This document shows positions 11,401 to 24,567 of a stretch of 64,000 nucleotides of DNA, in pieces; position 1 is the stretch's first letter; each line of letters begins with the position of its first letter. The DNA is taken from contig BQFW01000004.1 of assembly GCA_020891255.1 (NCBI GenBank), forward strand, positions 1,612,001 through 1,676,000. Reading direction: 5' to 3'. Origin of the DNA: Entomortierella parvispora E1425 (taxonomy: Eukaryota > Fungi > Mortierellomycota). The notes below the pieces were generated by a model that did no database searches, was not told the origin of the DNA, and worked only from the letters and a program-made list of their open reading frames with translations. A program made the translations under genes and the position numbers.

Positions 11401-12769
11401 GCTGCGTGGGTAGTGATGATGAAGAGGATATAGAGGAGGACTGGTGGTCTCCGTTGGCATGACCGTTCATTGTGAGAGAGTTGCGGTTGGGTGGAGTGGC
11501 AGGAAAAGAGATGGGGGTATATGGGCTAGCAGAGTCGGTGTCGTCCGAGACAAGGTCGGTTGGATCGTTGTCGATATTCATGGCGTTGCCGGCGCCTTTG
11601 CCCCAGCCACGGGAGAGGAGGCCATGAAGGTGGGACTCTACACTCTTGAGTCTGTTCTCGAGGGTCTCGACATACTCTTGGTTGGCTGGCTTGTTGGCTG
11701 TCGGGTAAATGCACTCGGTTCGGAACTTTTCACAGTGCCCGCAGGGGACCTGACCGTCGCATTTTATCTTTTTGTGGCGGCAATTGATGCAGGCTGTCGT
11801 GATACGGATGCGCTTGGTTGGTTTTTTGGGGGCTATTCTGTGGAGGTCTGAGCCAGAGGCGTGTGTTGGGGGTGTGGGTGTGGAATCGTGCGCAAGGTTG
11901 GACCTTTTTTTTTGCACGGACGCAAGACGGGAGGGGGGAGGAAGCGAGGGACAAGACAGGATGCAGGTACAAAAGGGGGGAGGACGCGACAAGACAAGAG
12001 ATGGGTTAGTTTGCATATCCACTATCGTCATGGATCGTTGTGTATCACGCCTCCTCAGAAAACTCCGATTTGCACAAGAGGCATGCGAGAGAGAGAGAGA
12101 AAGAGAGAGAGAGAAAGAGAGAGAGGGAGAGAGAGGAGGGGTGAAGACGTGTTTCCCCGCAGGCACTCGTGGGCAAGAAGCTCATGAAGGTTGGCCGCTG
12201 AGGAGTTTGAAGAGGGAAGATGGCGGTGGGGAAAGAAAAGAAAAGAAAAGCAGACGGAGCTGAGGATGAGGGGTATAATTGTCGGAGTGGGGAGTGGCAG
12301 GGGAGGGAAGGGAGGGGAGTGGACAGAAAGAGATGTTCCAATCCAGAAGCGGGAGCCAGGGGGATTGTGTGTCCCTGGAGTGACTTTTTTGGGTGACCGT
12401 TCAGGGCAGCGGGACAGGGACAGGGCCAGGTGGCGTGTGAGTGGGGACCGGGGATGAAAAGAGCGGGCGCGGGCGTGGACGAAGACGACATTCAGGAAAG
12501 GGAGGGCGTAGCGAGGTGGACAGACAGAGAGGGAGAAGGCGAGAAGACACACACCCACACACAGAGGGGATTGATGGATAAAAATAATAAAACTAAAAAA
12601 AATAATTGAGCGCAACACAAACAAACAAACAAGAGAGTAGAAGAGAGAGAGTGGAAGAGAGAGTGGAAGAGAGAGAGAGAGAGAGAGAACGAGAGAGAGA
12701 GAAAGAAAGAAAAAAGACTCACCAAAAGGCCTTGGCCTGCGAGTGGCCATGGCTGGCGTGCTCATGCAT
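8474..12769 (-). CDS. Zn(II)2Cys6 transcription factor with fungal-specific TF (middle homology) domain
   Basis: ACINCRHKKIKCDGQVPCGHCEKFRTECIYP; YFNSVHTFLPVIHK; STVQGLLLL; Asn-rich tract. Proposed exon 1 is 12769-12723 (MHEHASHGHSQAKAF, donor GTGAGT), spliced in phase to 11903. The 5' model is less certain than the body. Confidence 0.9.
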
Positions 12770-12897
12770 GACCCCTTGAGGATGGAGGAGTGATTGTCTG
12801 CGGGGCCGTTGTGGAGTGTGCGGGGGGACACTTTTGTGAGTTCAGGCACCGAAGGGACAATGGGACTTGTGTAGAAGGGGTTAGAGGGAGGATTCAG

Positions 12898-12920
12898 TAA
12901 TAATAATAATAATAATAATA
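12898..12920. repeat. (TAA)n microsatellite within an SSR-dense tract (AG, GGAT, CCGA repeats, 12.1-13.3 kb)
   Basis: Directly visible taataataa run. (GGAT)n at ~13125-13150 and (CCGA)n at ~13293-13320. Confidence 0.9.
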
Positions 12921-15409
12921 AAAAGGAGGGAGGGGGATGGAGGGAGGGATGGAGAGGACAACGGTAATGGAGGAGGGAAGTGGGTCGGATAGAGCAGAGC
13001 AAAGCGGGTCGTGGGAGCGACAGGTGGGTGTGTGCACAGCGCAGTGGAGTGGAAGGAGAGAAGGAGAGAAGGAGAGAAGGAGAGGAAGGAGAGTAGGAGA
13101 AGGATGAATCCAGACGGGCAGGGGGGATGGATGGATGGATGGATGGATGGATGGAGAATGATTCAGGAGGAAGAAGAGGAAGAAGAAGAGGAAGAGAGGC
13201 AATGAGTGAATGAGCAATGAATGAAGAATGACGAGAGGAAGGAAGGAAGAAGGGAAGGCAATGGACAACGAAGACCGACAAGCCAAAGAAGGCCGACCGA
13301 CCGACCGACCGACAGACCGAGGGAGAGCGCCTTTTCCTTCATTTCATTTTTGTGCTTCCTTGGCTGCCCTTTTCTTTTCGCTTTCTCTCTTTTCTCGTTC
13401 TCTCCTCCCCGCCAGGCTGGTGGTCGGTGTGGCCGCAGTGAGCAAAAGGGGGCCCCGACTCGTTGCGTTGTCTTGTCTTGTCTTCCTTGGACGAGGCGAG
13501 TTGTTGGCTTGCGAACCAACAACGGGCCGACTGACTGGACATGGAAACATGGACCAAGAGAGACAGAAGGGGTGGTTGTCTGTCCATTCTTGTCCTCTGC
13601 CCAAACAAAAACAGAACCAGCACAGGACGCCATCTCTCAGACACACACCCCCAAACACACACACTAGCCAAGAAAGAGGGCGAACGGCAGTGCATTTGGG
13701 TAATTGGGTTCCCTTCCTTCCCTGCCTTTTCTTTGTTTGTTTGTATGTAACTAACTGACTGAATTGACTCTCGGCCCCTCCTTCCGTCCCTCCCTCTCCT
13801 TTCTCTCCTCCCTCCTTCTCCCCCTCCCTGCCTTGCCTCGGCGCTCGACTGTTGTCCAATGCGTGGTGAAAGATATTCCCTTCGGTGGAGCAACCGAAGA
13901 CTCGAGTCTCGTGTTTGCACAGAGGGAAAATAAAACATCAAAAAAGAAACACGCGCAGACACCCGACAGATACACTATCATCTAGCCCTTCCTTGTCCGT
14001 TGCGTTTTTTTTTGTTTCTTTTGTTTCTCACACCCCTCCCTTTCTCTTTTCTTATCCTTCTTTTTTTTTTTTTTTTTTTTTGCGTCTGTTGATGTCCATG
14101 TCGAGGTTGCTTTGTTGTGCTTTGTTTGTTGTATGTCGTATTATATATCGCTCTCGGTAGTCCTGGCGTAACCACTTGTCGAGAATGAAATAAATCACAT
14201 TCTCGTCGCCAAGATACATTTTGCGATCGGATAGAAAGAAAGACGTAATGAGCGCGTTCATTGCAATTGAAAGAGCGTGTTGGTTGGTTGCACTTCTCAT
14301 CCATCGTTCTTGCGAGTTTGTCTTTGGTGACCAACATCTTGGGCACGTACGCCCTGCGATGGCCCAATAAAAAGGTTCCCTTTTTTTTTTTTTTTTTTTT
14401 TTTTTTTCAGTCTGTCAACTAGTGTATTGTTTGATTTGGTGGTTATAGAGTACCGGTAGTCTATTGTGTATATCCTTTTCTTGTGACCTTGAACTCGCAT
14501 GTTGGGTTTTCTGTCTCCCTTGTGGTCCACAGGGCCAAGGTCCAAAGCACCACCCTGTAAGCCTCTAGGTTATGTTTAAATGTCCAATGTTATTTACTTA
14601 CTTGACATCTCACAAAAAAAGTGGAAACTCAACAATATCGAATCATATCCAACGAGAAAAGGCGCAGAACGATCTTCGGAGAGAAACGAGTCTGCAAATT
14701 CTTTTGTGAGCAGGAAAAAAAAAAAAAAAAAATCTCCTCGCTCACTTGGCTCATTTCTTTTTTGTCTGGACACGCCCCAACGCGCCTCAAACGCACAAAC
14801 GCACGCATGCCCAAAAGAAACAAAGAAAAATAAATAAATCAAATCAAATCCCATCGTAATATCGTAATGGAGTAAATGGACCCAATGAGGCGGAAAACCT
14901 AATCCGCAGCGGGCGCGGGCCTGCCGAAACAAACACACAGAGGTCACTTGCCTTGCTCACCCCTCTCCTCTTCCTCTTCGTTGTCTCTGCTTCCCTCTTC
15001 CTCTTTGTGGCACAATACAAAACGGCCATCGCAACACTCACTCGTCCAACTGTCAGCCCTTCCCCCCCTCATCCATCCACTAAAAACAAAATGAAAAATA
15101 AGAGCGATGAGCAAAGGGTGCAAACGCATCCTCCCTAAAGGACCTCCCTCCCTTCCTCGGGCTGGGGAGGACCAGGACAGCTGCAACTTTTCAACACAGC
15201 ACTGCTGTGCCTTACTGCCTTCATCCTAAAAATGAAATTCAGTTTACGGTTCATCCTTGTCCATTGGACCCTATCGAGTTGTATTATTGTTGTGCATCGA
15301 AACTGGGGAACGAAGGGCTTGGAAGGTATCATCATTGTTCTACGCTTTGCTGTCTTTGACCTAGATCAAATTATATCATGTCGTCGTCATCATCCAAAAC
15401 AGCCCGGCT

Positions 15410-17994
15410 CTACAATTTGGCCGCAATCTTGCGCTGGTCCTCGGGCAGGGTCTGCTCAATGGTTGATCTCATATCCCGCAGTGCCTGACGAAGATAGTTT
15501 CCAAATTCCTTAGTGCTCGTGACCTTGCTTTCGAACTTTGACTCGACGCCAAACTTCAACGTCTTGCCTCCTGCAAGGTAGTTGATGCCATACCCATCGG
15601 GATACATGGCGCCAAATCCGGTGCCAACAAAGTTGTCGCCAGCAAAGAGTCCAGAGGTTGAGAGAAGGAAACTAGCGCTCTTGGTAAAAACGGGCTCCTG
15701 GAACAATCCATGCGACTCTCCAGGCTGCAGGCAGAGGCGCAGACCCAACAAGTGGCGATCACACCCCTTGCCATTGGCGGCGTCCTTTTGGTATTGCTGA
15801 TGAGCTGCAATGGCTGCACGAAGAAGCTTTACTCTCTCCTCGGCCTAAAATATCAGATACAAAGAGATTTCGTAAACACAATGGTACAAAAAAAAGGGGA
15901 CTCTGGCACACACGTGGTCTCTGCATGATCCGGAGAACTAACCTTGACAGAGGGATCCTGCATGGCCTTGCAGAATGCAAAACTCTCCTTGCTCAGAGTA
16001 CGGGTGGTCTCTGTGCGTCCATTGCGGAACTGGCGCGTCGATGCAGTCTCATAAGTGGCACAAGGTTGGCCAATCTGCTTGTAGTATCCAAGTTGGATAG
16101 CCATTTGCATGTAGGCATCAGGAGAGGCCTTGACTAAAGAGGAGAAATCCATTCCAATGGAGGTATTAGTCATTTCCTCCGTTTGATAGGATGAGCAGAA
16201 CAAAAAACTGGCAGGATATTGCTTTGAATATGTTCAAAAAAAAAAAAAAAAAAATTACCAACTTTCTTGACATAGTCCGAGCCGTACTCGTCAAAGTAAA
16301 CGATGCCGCAATCACTGTTCTTGGAAAGGGTCTCAATCGTTACAGAGGCAGCCTTGATGTGCTCCTCAGTGGTGGTGTCAGTGACAAAAGCAAGGTGCTG
16401 GGGCGCGTCGACGATGGCGTTTGTGCTTGGGGCGTTCAGGTCTGTTGGCTTGCGAATGATGATATCCATGATTACGGCAGGGATAAGAGCGTCGCATGGA
16501 GAGTGCTATTGGGGGTTGAATATATTGACCATTAGCTATTGTCCTCGACCTCGCCATCATCCTGACAACCACAGCCTCAGGACCCAGTCTGCCTGAAATA
16601 GGTTTCAACGGGTTTTTTTTGTTTCATATAGTCCTTACCTCTCCATGACACACAAATTTGCCGTCGCGCTCAAAGATCAAGTTCAAGGACTTGTCGCACC
16701 AACGGTTGTGTCCTCCATGTCCATGCATTCCAAACTTTGCCCAGTCAGCAAAGTCGTCGGAGCGATCAGCCTTGGTGGCCTCCGCGGTCGAGTCCAAGGT
16801 GACGCAGAAAAGAGCATTCTCGATCGTCTGCAGTGACTCTCTGTTCTTTGGATCCAAAACAACAAGGTGCTCACGAGCCTTGGTCCAGGCATCACGATGG
16901 TCGCAAGTCAACAAACCCACAGGAGCCGAGGCCTTGATGTGGTCCAGCTGCTTGATGGCGTTCAGGAACAAGCTATGGTCAAGCATTTGAACGAATTTTG
17001 AAAATGAGTACACAATTGGTGGCGCACGACTGCCGAATCGATCACGCGCAAAAAAAAAAAAGAAAGAAAAAAAGACTTTTTACCGCTCCAGATCTCCATC
17101 GAGGAGGCGCTTGTTGTCTTTTGAGTAGACGTTGATCTTGAAGAACTGGTCATTGATGATCAAGACAATGTACTTTGAAGGCGAAGGGAAGGGCGTGTAG
17201 GCGAGGCGATCGCATCCGTGCTGGGGAATACGTGTAAAGCCTATCAGCTGGGTGTATTGGTTCATGCAAATGGGACCAGCTCTCGTCTTTTCCACAGCGA
17301 CGTTTTGGCTATTAAACGTTGAAGGAAATCGTTAGATGATCGGCCACTATTACTGACCACTACTGATCTCGACCATCCTAGACAGTAGAAAGGATGGCTC
17401 TTACCTGAAAAGAGTTTCGGTATAATCGAGCAATTGCTGGGCCAAGTGGGCAGCACGCTTGACCTGGAAGGTGGTGAAGGCGGGGTTCTCGATGGTGGGA
17501 TAAAACTCGGTAGGATGGTTGATTTCATTGCGCATCAGGATATACCAGTTTGAGTTGACCAGGAGAGGTTCACGCCATTCGTGGTATGCTTTGCTGAAGG
17601 CATTCCAGAAAGAAAAGAAAAAAAAATAGAGCCAAAGCACAATGCGGGGTAAAACAGTTGTCAGCAATTGAAAGAAAGCTTTGTGTCCGTGGGTGGATTC
17701 TTTTTCCTTTTTCTTTTCTTTCTTTCTTCCGGGAGCGGTTCTAGATCCTTACCTGATCCACCAGGTATCATCGAGCCAGTTGTGGGGAGCAGCCCGATCG
17801 ACATCGAGCAGACGTTGTTGCAAGATTTGACCGAGTCCTCCTGGCTTTGCGAAATCTTTGGCGAGGGCCTTGCTTCGCTCGAGTTCCTCTGGAGTGGTAA
17901 GGGGTTCGATGGAGCGGAGATACTTTCCCAGAGTCTCGTCCAGCGAGGGCACTGGCAACTTTGGCAGGGTGTGTTGCATGGAAAGGGTGGCCAT
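15410..17994 (-). CDS. Carnitine O-acetyltransferase (choline/carnitine acyltransferase family), multi-exon, C-terminal PTS1 (-AKL)
   Basis: LPKLPVPSLDETLGKYL, NWLDDTWW, NRWCDKSL, SPDAYMQMAIQL, ATYETASTRQF..GRTET, GFGAMYPDGYGINY; ends IAAKL*. Confidence 0.92.
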
Positions 17995-18981
17995 GGTGAT
18001 GAGACAGATGGAGAAGGGGAGAGAATGGGTGGAAGGATTGCGTGGAATGGAGAAAGAGAAAAGGGAAAAAAAAGGAGAGAAAAAAAAAAAGAAGCAAGCA
18101 AGCAAGCAAGCAAACAAAAACACCAAAAGTGTGGAGATTGCTGAATCTTCAGTCAAGCTGATGTCTCTTTAGTGGACGAGAGCAAGAGAGAAAGAGAGAG
18201 AGAGAGCGGCACACGGCCACAAAGGGGCTGACCATTGCAAACAAAGACCTTCACACAGCGAGAGAGGCAGGCAGCAAATCGCACAAGACAACGACGGGGT
18301 TCATTCAGCACGTGAAAGAAGAGGAGCGGGAAAATGACCGTGGCAATGATCCGATTCCAGGGATCGGATCGATCGTGTCAAGTGACGGCGCCCCTCAAGG
18401 GACACACGTGACTGACGCGCGTTTTGGCGGCGTAGGAATCTGCATGCTGATTGTCCCCAGGCACAGCCGTAAAATGATTCCTCCCCCACCCCAGTTTTGG
18501 CACGACGAGTACAAAATTTCGAGGGCACACAGCCATTTTTTGATAGCATTCATAGCTGTAGCCAAAGAAAGGAGCTATTGCGTTTGGAGGAAAGGCGGGT
18601 ATGAGACGGGTATGTTCTTTGCCAAAGACACATGACGCGTCAAATGTACTATAATACAGCGTAGATCGTGGTGACAGATCAATGTTCATTTGATCTTTCC
18701 AGGTTGGTTCTGCAAGCATTGAGTCTTGCTCTCCTCTGTCTTGTTCGATCCCTGCATCAGCGACGGGCGCTCCCTTTTTGGTCGTAAAAGGCAAAGCTAG
18801 TAATGGCAAAATGGCAACTTGCTTTGTGCACTCTTGACCGCTTGTCTTCTATGGTGCACTCTCGAGAACAGGACGCTCTACAAACTCCTTTTTTTCCTTT
18901 CTTCTTTTCTTTTGAACACCCCCTAGGTTCCGAGTCTCCGGTTTCTCAAAGCCCGCAACATGGCACAGAGCAGATGGTCAA

Positions 18982-19017
18982 ACGGACGTGCAGACGGACG
19001 TGCAGACGGACGTGCAG
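18982..19017. repeat. Perfect 3x12-bp direct repeat ACGGACGTGCAG
   Basis: Three exact units lie in the divergent intergenic region between the acetyltransferase and C2H2 genes. Confidence 0.9.
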
Positions 19018-19810
19018 AGGGTCATTCGTCTCTTTTGATTCCCCTCTTTTGGTTCCCCTCTTTTGGTTCGTCTGTTCCTTCCGTCCCTTTTTTTGTTCCC
19101 CCCCCCCCTCCTCCACTCCCGCCCCATCTCTACCTCATTGAGCATCTTCAAAAAAAAAAAGATTTGAATCCTTTCCCTCATTTGCCCTGTTTGCACTTCC
19201 TGACAATTTTCATTATCATTTTCCATCCCTATTTTTTTTTGTATTATTTCAGACCCTACATTTTTATCCATCCATCTCGTTTTGCATCGTCCATGGTCTT
19301 CATCGTCGCGTTCACATTGCATCACTTGTGCAAATCTGTTTTTGCATGCGCGTCCTGACGCGCTAAAACTCGACAGGAAAACATTAACACCACACCCCGG
19401 AAAGTCCTCTCCTCACTCCAGTTCCACCTCTGGCCCCTTTCTTTCATCCTCACTTTTTTTTTTTTCACTTTATCAAATACAAACACACCCTTCTCTCTCT
19501 CTCTCTCTCTTTTTTTTCTTTTCTTTTTTTTCCCTCTTCTATTTTCTCTCCCCACTTTTTTAACCTATCCTCACTCCAGCCAAACATTTCGTTCTGTAGC
19601 AAGACATTTCGGGAAAAAAAAACCACACCTCTATTTTCTTCCATATCTCATCTCAGGAGAGAGAGGAAAACAGCAACCCCCACAGCAATCTCCACAGCAA
19701 TCCGCAACAAGGCGACAAAAAGGGCAAACACAAAAAAAAAAAAAAGGTCTGGCCCAAAAGGAGCAAAAAAAAAAAAAAGGAAAAAAAAAAAGAAACGGGG
19801 CAGCATTGCG

Positions 19811-22800
19811 ATGATAGTGGATCCTAAAGACGATGGACAGGGCATAAAGAGGAATTCAAGTCTGGAACATGACCATTCACATTCCATGCCTTCAGCGATT
19901 GGATCCATCTCGGAGGAAAGGACCATGGACTCATTGCCGGCTATGCATTCTGGGGATCAAGATCCATCACTGCCGTTAGTCCATGCCGCGAACCACGCAT
20001 ATGAGCAAGGTACAGCCTCTAAAAAAATAGATAAAAGAAGCAACTGAGAGAGGGGAGAGAGAGAAAAAGGGGGGGGGGGGGGAGTGGAAAGGAGTCGTCC
20101 TTCCAACAAACAATTTGACACAGAGGGAAACAGTAGCGACAACGTCCGACACAACCGAAAAAAGGAAAAAAGAAGGGCATGATCGGCAGTGCTAGAAGGA
20201 GGGGGGACAAACACGATCGAGAGGAGAGTTGGGCGTGAGAGCCGAATGGGCGGGGGAGACAAGACAAGAGCCAAGGGAGAGGGAAGGAGGGACCCAAAGG
20301 AGTGGATTAGAACCAGAGGACAGACCGCAAAACCAAAAAAGCGGGTCTGTCCATCCTGTCCATCCCAGCAAACAAACCAACAATCCAGTCCCCTCCTTTG
20401 CACGGATCGATAATTTGGGCGGATCTTCGCATTTATTTGTTTCAATTAAGCATCGCCCCCTTTGCAGAGCGATCTCTACGGTCGATCGACCGCCGATCTC
20501 CCGTCGATGGGCACCCAATGGCTGCCTCTCTTCCGTGTCCTCGCCTGTGTTGGATTGTTGCTCTTTCTTCCTTGATGACAACTGTTGTCGTCCGTCATCA
20601 GCTGCAGCAAGAGCTGTGCCTTCACAAACGACACAGGCACAAAGAGGAGAGTGGCAGGGGGTCAGAGTGCAGTGCAGTGCAGTGCAGTGCGTGTGCGTGT
20701 GCGTGTGTGCAGTCGAGAACGGTCCAAACACGGACCCTTTGATCTCCCTCCTGACCCATGTCTTTCCCCTTTCTATCCTTTCTCTTCTTTTCGTTTGGTT
20801 TATCCGTAGACCTTTGTCAAATTGGGCATCAGAAGGGGTCGGACCATCTGCGACAAGCACCAGATTGGCGACCAGACCGCGATGAGCCTCGTCCACACGG
20901 AGAGGCAGCATACTCTCGTGCCAATAACCCTTTCCACAATCGAGGGCCAAGTCACTCACAGCAACTGCAACAGGTGCCCCAGATTCAGGAGCTATGCCAA
21001 GAGCCTTCGTATGCATCTTCGACAAAAGACCAGTGGCCACGACTGTCGCCTACCATGGCAAGGGCAAATCACCCACATCAACGACAGTCCAAAGAGGACC
21101 ACTTTATTTCTCATACTGGAGCACGGCCGCCTCTTCAGGTGCCACCCTCGGGATACGAACGGTCTCGACTACGGAGCCAGTCTCCTACTCAGACTCACGC
21201 AATGGCCTGGGCCCCACCAGCAGCAAGCACAGCCGGACAGCCATCGCGATATCACCCCTATCATTACCCCGCGACCCAGTTAGAGCATCGCCAGTCAGAT
21301 GAGGCTTATCCTCAAAGGACCCCTCCTTGGCCTGCTCCTCATCGACAACTGCAACAGCACCCACAAAAGCAGCAATATCAATCGTCAGGCGAAGCTGAAC
21401 AAACTAGGATACAGGGGCAACAGACCCAACACCAATATCTACACGAGCAGCGGCAAAAGCAACAGCAACAGCAGCACCAACCACTACACCCACTGGATAC
21501 ATACTCACATCCACAACGTGAACACAGACATCTGGTACCATACAATCAACAGTATGAACTGGAACTGGGAAGGCAACAAGAAGACATGGGTGTCCATCAC
21601 AGACACACACGCACCCCGTCGGCACAATTAATCGCCGCGGGTTCCACACAGCGACCGATCGTCGAACATGATCCGGCCAATAGATACACTCTAGGGCCTT
21701 ATCGAAGACCATCGGCCCCTCAACCAATATCATCCCGCGAGGACATGGAGGGGATCCTCGCAGCACAATCACTCATGAGCAGCATGCACATGAATCGCTC
21801 GCAGCCTGTGTCACCAAGTACGAGTTTCCAGACCGCCTCTCGGCAAAGCTCGGCGAACGTGTCCCAGTCAAGGGCCACTTCAGTAACAGCAACAGTGGCT
21901 CCCAACAACACACTTGCAGACAGCGGAGGCTGGCATTTGCCTCCTTCGCCTTCTCGTTCTATACCAAGAAGCGCCACCGTTGATCCCACTAGGACAAGAG
22001 TTCCACTGCTAGAAGACAACCCGAGGAGCAACGAAGGCCTTAGAGGCCGGATTTTCGGACAAGGTACTCGATCTTTACCTCCATTGATGGGTCGAGACGA
22101 ACTTTTGCCATTAGAACCAAGCCCTGGAGCGGTGGCCGATCGACGTCGGGTTTCGAGCGATAGGCCTCTAGCCTCCATGTTCGATACTCAGAGTCCTCTG
22201 TCAGATTCTTTGCCGCTTCCACGGACCCAGAGGACAGGCATGCCCGTATGGAATCGTGGTTTGGAAATGAGGGCATGGGACATTGAACGAGGGTCTCAAT
22301 CCAATCCTTGGACTCATCTAGGACCGTTTACAAAGCGGTATTCTGATGGATCAATTCATGAGCCAAGATCTACCTTGCAAGACGTGACGTCGACAGGGAC
22401 CTCATCCGCTCATGATAGCAGAGATCGCCCCTTTCAGAATCTTGGCTATTCACCAAGGAGTGATCTTTCAACACCGCCAAGACAACGGCCGGTCCGCATT
22501 GGCGAAGAGGGCTATTACGGTGCAAAAGAACTCGAAGTGCTTTACCGTTTATGGCATCCTACAACGAAACACCATCAAGATGACCGATTCTCAAATCAAG
22601 ATGGCCAGTCTTTCTCGTACCAGACGCAGGAGAGGGCTAGCAGTGAAGGCGACCTAGATTACAAAGGAAAGGGCCCAATGAGCAATGCCTGGCAAGATGA
22701 GAGACGAAACCATGAGTTTAGACAGTATACTCCCAGCAGGGAAGACACTCGAGGCTATAATCGTGGATTCAACAGTTGCGACAATGGGGCAGCAAACGAC

Positions 22801-24163
22801 GATAATTTCAACAGTGACGGGAGACATGGAGACGAATCCTCCTTGATGGATGTGGACGACAAGGATTTGGACCGAGAAGACGAAGACGAAGACGAAGACG
22901 GAGACGGAGGGCAAGATGGGGAGGTGGACCACAATGGCGCTCCTTTAGGCCGCACTCAGAGCAGAGAGTCAGGGGACGGTTCAGAGAGGTCGACTGATGG
23001 CCAAACAGACACTACTGACGCTGGTACCTCGACTGGAGGACCTGTTGATCATGCAAATGTTATACCTAGGACGACCGAAGGAGGATCAAGCAGCACTAGG
23101 GCCAGTCGTCGGGTCAGGGTTCAAGAGGCCAAGAACCACCAATGCGAGGAATGTGGCAAGAAGTTCTCAAGGCCAAGCCAACTTCAGACTCATTCATTTA
23201 CACACAATGGACTTGTAAGTTGAGGGAATTTTGTCTGTTCAAGGGGCAGCCGCACTGGCACGGACGCGCTTGGCCCTTTTATTTGTGGACCCTAATGCAT
23301 CCACTTGTTATTCAACTTCCGTTTTTTTCTTTCCCGAGTAGAAGCCTCATCAATGCAAGACGTGCAAGAAGTTCTTCAATGTCGCCAGTAACCTGAAAAG
23401 ACACATTCGGACACACGCCACGACCAAACGGAAATCCTCTCGCACCGGTAGTACTGTTTTTCGAAGTTTTGCTCACAGTCTTCCCGTCTCATCCGATGTC
23501 GGAACATCTACAGGAGGAAAGTCAAAACAACAAGCAGACCGGCAGACTAAGGGACAGAGCACTTCGTCGTCCTCAGCTTCTGTTGACAAAGCTGCTCTTG
23601 CTCCAACTCAGTCTTCATTGTTGACACCAAATGAACCTTTGCAGGTCGTCTTTGAGCCCCTGGAAACTCTTCGTTGGATGGATACCGAGACACCGCTCAC
23701 AGGGTCGCTGATGGGGACTGCCAACCAATCGAAGACTCAAAGGTCGAGCCGACGCATGCCCTCGGCCGCTGTGGATCGGGGCCGCTCCCGCCGAGGTAGT
23801 GATGGAGGAGCCATTGGCCGAGGTCGGAGCTTCAGTAGTAACAGCTCCAACACATCCGTGGCCATGACTCCATTGAGTGGTTCCACAGATTCAGCTTCGA
23901 CAGCAGCGTCCACTAGCTCTGGATCATCCACGGCAGTATCTTCAAGCTCTGGTTCATCTACAGCAGCATCCAACAAATCATCTTCAGAACCATCCAATTC
24001 TCCAGTGTCCCGACATCCAGCTCAATACATTCCATCAACTCTTTCTGGACCCAATGTCGTTGCTTCAGAACGCAACGAATCGAAAGCAGCGCGCAGGACC
24101 GACGGAGAGGAAAAAGATCAGCACCCTGCCACCACAACACAGCACCCTCCAAATATACAGTAA
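19811..24163 (+). CDS. C2H2 zinc-finger transcription factor (2 fingers), 3 exons
   Basis: Exons 19811-20009, 20810-23214 and 23342-24163 join in phase. Fingers are CEECGKKFSRPSQLQTHSFTH and CKTCKKFFNVASNLKRHIRTH, with linker GLKP. The remainder is Q/S-rich and disordered. Confidence 0.85.
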
Positions 24164-24567
24164 CATAGTCCTTTTCGTCACAGAATCCCAACCATAGCAC
24201 AACCAGATACCTACGTACGGACGAGAGCAAGAAACGCGTGCCCATGAATCGACTGGCCTTCCTTTGTTTAAAAACGATCAAGCAAAACCTTCTCTGGTAT
24301 TTTCTACTTTTTACCTACCCTTTTTTTTTTATTTTATCTTTTCACCCTCTTGTGCACACGGATGAGGCGTGGTGAAAATGAAAGAATAATAATTTGAAAG
24401 ATAAAGTTTGCAATAGGACATTGATCGAGAAGATGAGGCAAAAAAGAAAGAAAGGAAAAGGAGGAAGGAAAGAAAGGACAGAGCGAACGAAGGAAAAAAA
24501 AAATTAAAAAAGATTTTTTTTTGTATCAATACCACGATAACTGCTTTTGTTTATTTTTTTTTTTCAT

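Noticed and set aside
12055-14000. Numerous 100-400 aa ORFs (e.g. 12055-13281)
   Set aside because: Low-complexity translations of CT/AG microsatellite-rich intronic and intergenic DNA.
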